Shown piece after piece: positions 57,296 to 64,000 of a stretch of 64,000 nt of DNA (the stretch's first letter is position 1; each line of letters starts with the position of its first letter). The stretch is from positions 27,466,001 through 27,530,000 of the forward strand of contig NC_135670.1 in the NCBI RefSeq assembly GCF_964188315.1, written 5' to 3'. The stretch is from Podarcis muralis (Eukaryota). Under the pieces are notes generated by a model. That model worked only from the letters and a program-made list of their open reading frames with translations. It ran no database searches and was not told the origin of the DNA. Position numbers and translations under genes: made by a program.

Positions 57296-57747
57296 ATGGC
57301 CTGGGGCTTGCTCCTCTTCACAATCCTGGTGTCCATCATTGGTGAGGGAGATTCATTGGGTGGATGGGGGATAATTCTGATATGAAGCAAAATGTTTGAT
57401 GTAGATTAATGTGTTAAGCAGTTCCCTGCCTTGCTTCCTTCCAGGTCCCAGTGTCCAGCAGTTACAGACCTTGAAGGACCCAGAATTTGTGGCACCAGGT
57501 GGGACGGTCACAATGTCTTGCAGGTTTGACAGTGGAAACATTGGTGATGGCAATTACCCATGGTGGGCACAGAAAAAAGTGGGAGTAGACCCCGAAAGAT
57601 AATGTACTTCACCAGCACCCGACCGTCTGACGTTCCAGCCGTTTTTCTGGGTCTCGATCGGGGAACGTGATGTCCCTGACCATCACGGGGGCCCTTCTGG
57701 AAGACGAAGCTGTTTATTACTGTGTTGTATGGACTGGGAGTCAGTGG
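57296..57747 (+). pseudogene. IGLV pseudogene V11 (expanded family)
   Basis: Leader 57296-57341; V exon from 57445; two separate 1-nt deletions (FR2 A-run near 57575; CCAGCCGTTTTTCT near 57640); RSS present. Confidence 0.9.
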
Positions 57748-57786
57748 CACAGTGCTTCATTCAGACGGGGAAGTGAGATAAAAACT
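57748..57786 (+). other. 23-RSS of pseudogene V11
   Basis: CACAGTG-23-ATAAAAACT. Confidence 0.88.
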
Positions 57787-57962
57787 TCTCCTTTGCTCCC
57801 TTGGTGCATCAACAGAATCTGAAGTGCCTTTCAAAGTACCATCACTGTGTTTTAAAATTCCGCATACCTATCCCCAAATGTATGGATACAAAGTAAAAAA
57901 TATCTGATCTTGCAGTGGTAGAATATATGGCTACCAATGCTAATCACAGAATGATATGCCAA

Positions 57963-58014
<52 letters not shown>

Positions 58015-58147
58015 TATTTATGTCCTGCCCATCTGGCTGGGTTTCCCCAGTCACTCTGGGTGGCTTCCAACAGAATATTAAAATACAATAGCTTATTAAA
58101 CATTAAAAGCTTTCAGGACCTCGCTTTCAGGACGAGGGAGACAGCAT

Positions 58148-58422
58148 TTGTCCATATACATGCTTCCAGGTCATGTGGCCAGCAGGACTAAACCGCTTCT
58201 GGCACAACGGAACACAATGATGGAAGCCAGGGCGCATGGAAACACTGTTTACCTTTTTGCCACAGTGGTACCTATTTATCTACTTGCACTGGTGTGCTTT
58301 CGAAGTGCTAAGTTGGCAGGAGCTGGGGCAGAGCAACGGGAGTTCACCCCGTCATGGGGATTCAAACTGCTGACCTTCTGATCAGCAAGCGCAAGAGGCT
58401 CAGTGGTTTAGAACACAGCGCC
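58148..58422 (-). mobile_element. Sauria/Squam1-type SINE, partial
   Basis: Reverse-complement body and head; ends truncated. Confidence 0.8.
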
Positions 58423-59036
58423 AAGCTTTCTGTACTAGGGCTTCATATATTCCAACCAGTGCTATCACTGGGACAAACAAAAAACCAAACATTATAAATC
58501 AGATTTAGGTGTTGAACTTTAATATCTTCACTGAATTCAAGGGTTGCTCCCCGTCCCGACCCCTTGGTCCAGAGAATTATTTTTTAGCAAAAGCAGCCAT
58601 GTATCCCAGGCATGGCATGAGCTGAAATGTTTGCTGCAGATCCATTCCTGCAATCAGGCCAGGATGCTTTTTAATGCCTTGGGCTAAACACAGACTGGTC
58701 TATCCCAGGATTATACCACCATGAAGAAAAGGAGGCTTCCTGCCACTGTGTGTAAGGGGGGACCTATAAAATAAAAGAATGCAGACCCCCCAAAAAAACC
58801 ATACCACCCTTCTAAGCTTAAACTCAGAATCCAGATTGTCAGTTCCAGCTCCCTGAACACAGCATGACCAGCAGTTGGCAGCTGCTTTTTCTGTTAGTCC
58901 TCTACAGTAGTTAAGGAGCTAGATATTTGCATGAAGGGGCTGCTCCCCTGATCTCCGGGGATTTAAGAGAGATGGGGCAGAGGCCAATGGGATCTCATTT
59001 TGCTTTAGAAAATCTAGCCCAGCAGTTTTCTCCATC

Positions 59037-59524
59037 ATGGTCTTGTTTCTCGTCACATTCCTGATCGCCATCATTGGTGAGGGAAATTCATTGGGTCAAT
59101 GGGGACAAATCTGTGTGGAAATAAAAGCAGGTGTCTTCTGTTCTCTAAAACCCTGCACTTTGCAAAATGTTTGATGTAGATTAATGTGGTAAGCAGTTCC
59201 CTGCCTTGCTTCCTTCCAGGTCCCAGTGTCCAGCAGTTACAGACTTTGAAGGACCCAGAATTTGTGGCACCAGGTGGGACGGTCACCATGTCTTGCAGGT
59301 TTGACAGTGGAAACATTGGTGATGGCAACTACCCATGGTGGGCACAGAAAAAAACTGGGAGTAGACCCCGACTGTTAATGTACACAACCACCAGCCGACC
59401 GTCTGATGTTCCAGCCCGTTTCTCTGGGTCTCGATCGGGGAACGTGATGTCCCTGACCATCACGGGGGCCCTTCTGGAAGATGAAGCTGCTTATTACTGT
59501 GCTGTGTGGACTGGGAGTCAGTGA
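59037..59524 (+). CDS. IGLV segment V12 (expanded family), open to terminal TGA
   Basis: Leader 59037-59076 (MVLFLVTFLIAIIG); V exon 59220-59524 ending YYCAVWTGSQ*. Confidence 0.92.
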
Positions 59525-59563
59525 CACAGTGCTTCATTCAGACGGGGAAGTGAGACAAAAACC
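59525..59563 (+). other. 23-RSS of V12
   Basis: CACAGTG-23-ACAAAAACC (consensus). Confidence 0.95.
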
Positions 59564-59912
59564 TCTTCTCCTTTGCTCTCTCTGTACATCAACAGAATCT
59601 GAACTCCCTGCTGTAGCCTCTGTTTGTTTGCATAGTGAATGGTTTATTGAGCATGTATCCTTGCACCGTTTCTGCAGGGAGGTTCAGAGAAGCCTGCCAT
59701 TTATCAAGCACTCATTCTGAACCTGTGTGCACCGCCGGCACCAGACCGTCTGCTGTTCCAGCCTATTTCTCGGGGTCTAGATCAGGGAATGGAAGGTCCT
59801 TGACCATCACCCCTGGGCATCCAGTAGGTGTCGCTGTTGCACTTTCAACTTTGGCTGGATGGAGACACATCAAAGGAGTGTTTTATTTAACGTGTTGTTG
59901 TAAATTTAAACA

Positions 59913-60275
59913 GCGTGGGTGGCGCTGTGGTCTAAACCACAGAGCCTAGGGCTTGCCAATCAGAAAGTCGGTGGTTTGAATCCCCGCGACGGGGTGAGCT
60001 CCCGTTGCTCGGTCCCTGCTCCTGCCAACCTAGCAGTTCGAAAGCACATGAAAGTGCAAGTAGATAAATAGGTATCGCTCTGGTGGGAAGGTAAACGGCG
60101 TTTCCGTGTGCTGCTCTGGTTCGCCAAAAGCAGCTTAGTCATGCTGGCCACATGTCCTGGAAGCTGTCTGCGGACAAGCACTGAGTCCCTCGGCCTATAG
60201 AGCGAGATGAGCGCGCAACCCCTGAGTCGTCAGCGGCTGGACCTAACAGTCAGGGGTACCTTTACGTTTACCTTT
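59913..60275 (+). mobile_element. Sauria/Squam1-type SINE
   Basis: Head and tail; imperfect TAAATT(T/C)AAA TSD. Confidence 0.88.
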
Positions 60276-61092
60276 AAATTCAAAGAGAGAAAACAGGTAG
60301 AGAAAAATGTGGTTCCACAGCGCCATTGGGTGGCACAATGTTATATCGCATATACAATGCATATCAATCGCTTTTTCATGACAAATCTAGCTGAGTCCTA
60401 AGTATTTGTTTGCTTCTAAATTCTCTCTGCGGTTCAGTTATTGGGTTAACCGTGCTGCGCAATATTTTATATTGTAAGTGCCTCTTTTTTGTTTATATTT
60501 GTATTTTAGACATACTTATGCACGCTGCCTAGAGAGCTTCAGTCATGGGGTGGCATAGAGATATCGTTTATATGAATAAATTAGAGCAACAACAGAAAAC
60601 AAGCGGCAGAATTTGCTGCTGTGAACCAGAGCCTTTTCACACTGCATGAGGGGGAAGCCCTGTGGGTGTGTCATGCAGAAAGTGGAAGGTTGGGGGAAAT
60701 GGCTAAAAATGGCAGTAGCAACATTTTGACTTGGATTCCTATTTGACTGGATGGGAGATTCCATTTTGTGGGATTGTAATCTGCGTATGACTGTAGGCAA
60801 GGAAGGTCCCTCCAAAAGAAAAGGAAAGGAAGATGGAAAAAAAACAATCTGTTGAACTTTTCTCTGACGCCAGATCCTTACTTATCAGATTCCCAGTGCT
60901 TGATACCATGACCAGCAGATGGCTGCTGCTTTTTCTGTGTAGTCCATCAACATCTGGACACAGTAGTTAAGGAGCTACCCATTTGCATGAAGGGGCTGCT
61001 CCCCTAACCTCTGGGGATTTAAGAGAGATGGGGCGGATGCCAATGGGATCTCTTTTTTCTTTAGAGAAGCCCACTCTGTAGATTTCCTCACA

Positions 61093-61593
61093 ATGGCCTG
61101 GGGCTTGCTCCTCTTCACAATCCTGTCGTCCATCATTGGTGAGGGAGATTCATTGGGTGGATGGGAAGCAAATGTGACATGAAGCAGAGAGAGGCAGAAA
61201 CTGCCCTTCCAAGCCCTGCGCTTTGCAAAGTATTTGGTGTTGTCCAATTTAAATTAACCTACTGATTCTTTGCCCTGCTTGCTTCCAGGTCCCAGTATCC
61301 AGCAGTTACAGACTTTGAAGGAGACAGAATTTGTGGCACCAGGTGGGACGGTCACCATGTCTTGCAGGTTTGACAGTGGAAACATCGGTGATAGCAACTA
61401 CCCATGGTGGGCACAGAAAAAAACTGGGAGTAGACCCCGATAGATAATGTACACCACCAGCACCCGACCGTCTGACGTTCCAGCCCGTTTCTCTGGGTCT
61501 CGATCGGGGAACGTGATGTCCCTGACCATCACGGGGGCCCTTCTGGAAGACGAAGCTGCTTATTACTGTTGCGTGTGGACTGGGAGTCAGGGG
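61093..61593 (+). pseudogene. IGLV pseudogene V13 (expanded family)
   Basis: Leader 61093-61138; V exon from 61289; in-frame TAG at 61441-61443 (CAG in V10); RSS intact. Confidence 0.9.
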
Positions 61594-61632
61594 CACAGTG
61601 CTTCCTTCAGATGGGGAAGTGAGACAAAAACC
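61594..61632 (+). other. 23-RSS of pseudogene V13
   Basis: CACAGTG-23-ACAAAAACC (consensus). Confidence 0.95.
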
Positions 61633-63720
61633 TCCTCTCCTTTGCTCTCTATGTACATCAACAGAATCTGAACTCCCTGCTGTAGCCTCAGTTTGTTTGC
61701 ACGGTGAATGAGTTTGCAAAAAAAGGCCAAGGTCCCTTCCAGGTGACGTCTTTATTGAGCATTCATGCTGATAGAACCTGTAAGAGACAGAAAGCCCTTT
61801 TGAAGTCCTGCCTCCTCTTGCACAACAGAAACACCCCCCACCTGTCAGACTTAGGGGATTCTTACCTCCCCTGGAGCATGAAGGATCAAGGCAGTAGCCA
61901 GGAAGTTCATATCTATGGTTTTATTCAGTTCCCGTGGTGCAGGACAAAGAATCCAGTCCTTAACTGGTTGGTGACATTGCTCACTCTGAGCTCTTCCACT
62001 TCTTTCCCCAACAACACCCCGTGGCCATGCAAGTGGCCTCAGGAGTCAAATGTCTTTGAGCCCTCCACTCTTGAATTCTAAGGGAGCGACGTGTACATGG
62101 GGATGGTGGCTCTTCTACAATTTCCAAGGATGTCTCTGCTGGCAATTCTGCCCCTCCCCCTCCTTCTCCTAACACTTCATAACTTGGCAGCTCTGAGTTC
62201 TGCTGCAATTACCGTATTTTTCGTTTCATAAGACACACTTTTTTCCTCCTAAAAAGTAAGGGGAAATGTCTGTGCGATTTATGGAGCGAATGCCTACGGA
62301 TGGCGGAGGGATCTGCTGCAGTCACAAGCAGAGGATCCATGGTTCCCCTTCCTTCCCTCCTCTGTGGCTCGCTTTGAAGCAGCAAAGCGGGAGAGGAGCC
62401 GCTTACACGGGTGTAAGCGGCTCCTGTCCGGTTGGCTGCTTTAAAGCGAGTGGGCTCTCTTTCCCTCTCTCCTCCCCGGCTCTGCTCGGTGAAAAGCTCC
62501 TTCTCCATACACCCCACCCGTGCTCCTTGTTCCTTTAGTGTTTTTCCTTCCCTCCCCACTTAAAATGTGGTTACAAAGCACCGATCCACATGGATCCTCA
62601 GGATTTTTGCATTGGGTCACCCCAAGTTCACATAGCATTTCCATGGCTACAGATTGCACCAAAAAAGCACGCACCCATTATTGCCTGGGGCCACAATGGC
62701 ACAAAAACGTGGTTACAAAGCACGGATCCACATGGATTCTCATGATTTTTGTATTGGGCTACCCCAAACTCACCATCAGATCACATGTCTGTGGCCACAG
62801 CATGAATCACAAAAATCATACATTCACTGTTTCGTTCAGAATATTTTTTTTCTTGTTTTCCTCCTCTAAAAACTAGGTGCGTCTTATGGAGTGAAAAATA
62901 CGGTAAGTCCTGTCTCCCTCTTCTCTTGAAACGTCTGTAGACTTTCCCCTTCTCCTCCGAGAGAAGCAAAGGAGGAGGAGGGGGTGATTCCCAGCCCTTG
63001 CCTTCAGTCTAGTCCCTGGCACCAGCCGCCCCCTGGAAGCAATGCTTCTGAATACTGGTTTCTGGACAGGCGATTGTGCTCCTGTTCTCAAATTCTGCTT
63101 GAGGGTTCTCCATAGTCATCTGGTTGACCATTGTAAGACCAGGATTCTGGCTAGTCAGTCCGTTGGCCTGATCCAGGAGCTTCTCAAAGACACCTCCTTT
63201 CTGTTTGCCTGGTGAACACTTTCACGCAACAACTGACTGAATACCAAAATAAGCCTACTATGAATAGGAAAAACGCCACCTGAAGAAATAAACAAAAGTG
63301 GGAAAGTGTTGTGAACCAGAGTAAATAACAATTGTTCGTGTTTGTAAAACTAGCAGCTCAGTGCTAAACCAATTTGGTAAATCACATTGCCCCTTCAGTT
63401 CATTAAAAAGGAATGGAGCCATCCAGCTCAAGGAAATTGGCATTTCCTCTAGAATGAGACCCACCAAGTTCAGCGGGGCTTATGATAATGTCCTTGTGTC
63501 CTTCCTGCCTTTCACTGTAACAATGTCTTCCCATCACCATATTTGAATAATGTGCTTCTTCCATCACCATATATGAAGTCTCTCTCAGCAGGGCGGAGAG
63601 ACCTGGCCAGATGTGATTGGTGGAAGAGTTGCCTTCATCTCCTTTAAAGAGTGAATCACAGCGATCCCTGGAAAGAGACCCATTTGCCTCAATATGCAGA
63701 GTGTACCTGGATTCCTCTCC

Positions 63721-64000
63721 ATGGCCTGGTCCTGCCTGCTCCTCCTGCTCCTCACTTACCCCCCAGGTAACAGAATGAGTGAAATCCTCAGGAACAGATC
63801 TGTGCTGAGATCCAGGTGTGATTTTTCTGTAGGCGCAACTAAACTTCTTTCTCTTTTCGGGTTTTTATCTTTTTGCAGGTTCCTCCTCCCAGCCAGTGCT
63901 GACTCAGAGGCCCTCAACATCCTTTTCCTCAGGTGAGACAGTCCGTCTCCCCTGCACTTTGAATGCTGGATACAGTATCAGCAGCTATAGAGTCGGGTGG
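63721..64000 (+). CDS. IGLV segment V14, truncated by window end
   Basis: Leader 63721-63766 (MAWSCLLLLLLTYPPG); V exon from 63879 QPVLTQRPSTSFSSGETVRLPCTLNAGYSISSYRVGW. Confidence 0.9.

Larger units (their letters stand above)
47535..60988 (+). promoter_or_regulatory. seven conserved octamer + TTTAA promoter modules of the expanded V family
   Basis: ATTTGCATGAA at 47535, 50510, 53066, 55128, 57184, 58925, 60981, each 108-115 bp before a leader ATG in near-identical context (GTTAA.GAG.TA..CATTTGCATGAA.GGG). Confidence 0.88.

Noticed and set aside
18558-64000. V segments as T-cell receptor (TRGV/TRAV/TRBV) or kappa/heavy V genes
   Set aside because: Octamer promoters, MAW-type leaders, lambda-like frameworks and SMARCB1/DERL3 linkage indicate IGL; 23-nt V-side spacers exclude kappa.

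Overview
Vertebrate genomic DNA from a squamate reptile, probably a lacertid lizard (inferred from abundant Sauria/Squam1-type SINEs). From 0.8 to 16.2 kb are two convergent multi-exon genes. DERL3 (+, 7 coding exons, two GTATCCTT U12-type introns) faces SMARCB1 (-, 9 core exons plus a 30-nt cassette microexon and one GC-AG intron). About 2.4 kb upstream of the SMARCB1 start, the distal end of an immunoglobulin lambda V cluster begins. It holds 14 leader+V units, all on +. Thirteen have an ATTTGCAT octamer about 95-130 bp upstream of the ATG. Twelve end in a V-side RSS (eleven with 23-nt spacers, one with 21). Five are pseudogenes and the last is cut by the window end; no J or C segments are visible. 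Inside the cluster are a RING/B-box/PRY-SPRY TRIM gene with no detectable coiled-coil exons, an extra orphan RING exon, a VPREB3-like V that still carries an RSS, and a 7-member recently expanded V family with non-canonical VH/VL interface residues. SINEs, hAT and Tc1/mariner MITEs, solo LTRs, LINE fragments and a 184-N assembly gap fill the rest. All coordinates and translations were read by eye; homology calls come from recalled family features, not from database searches.
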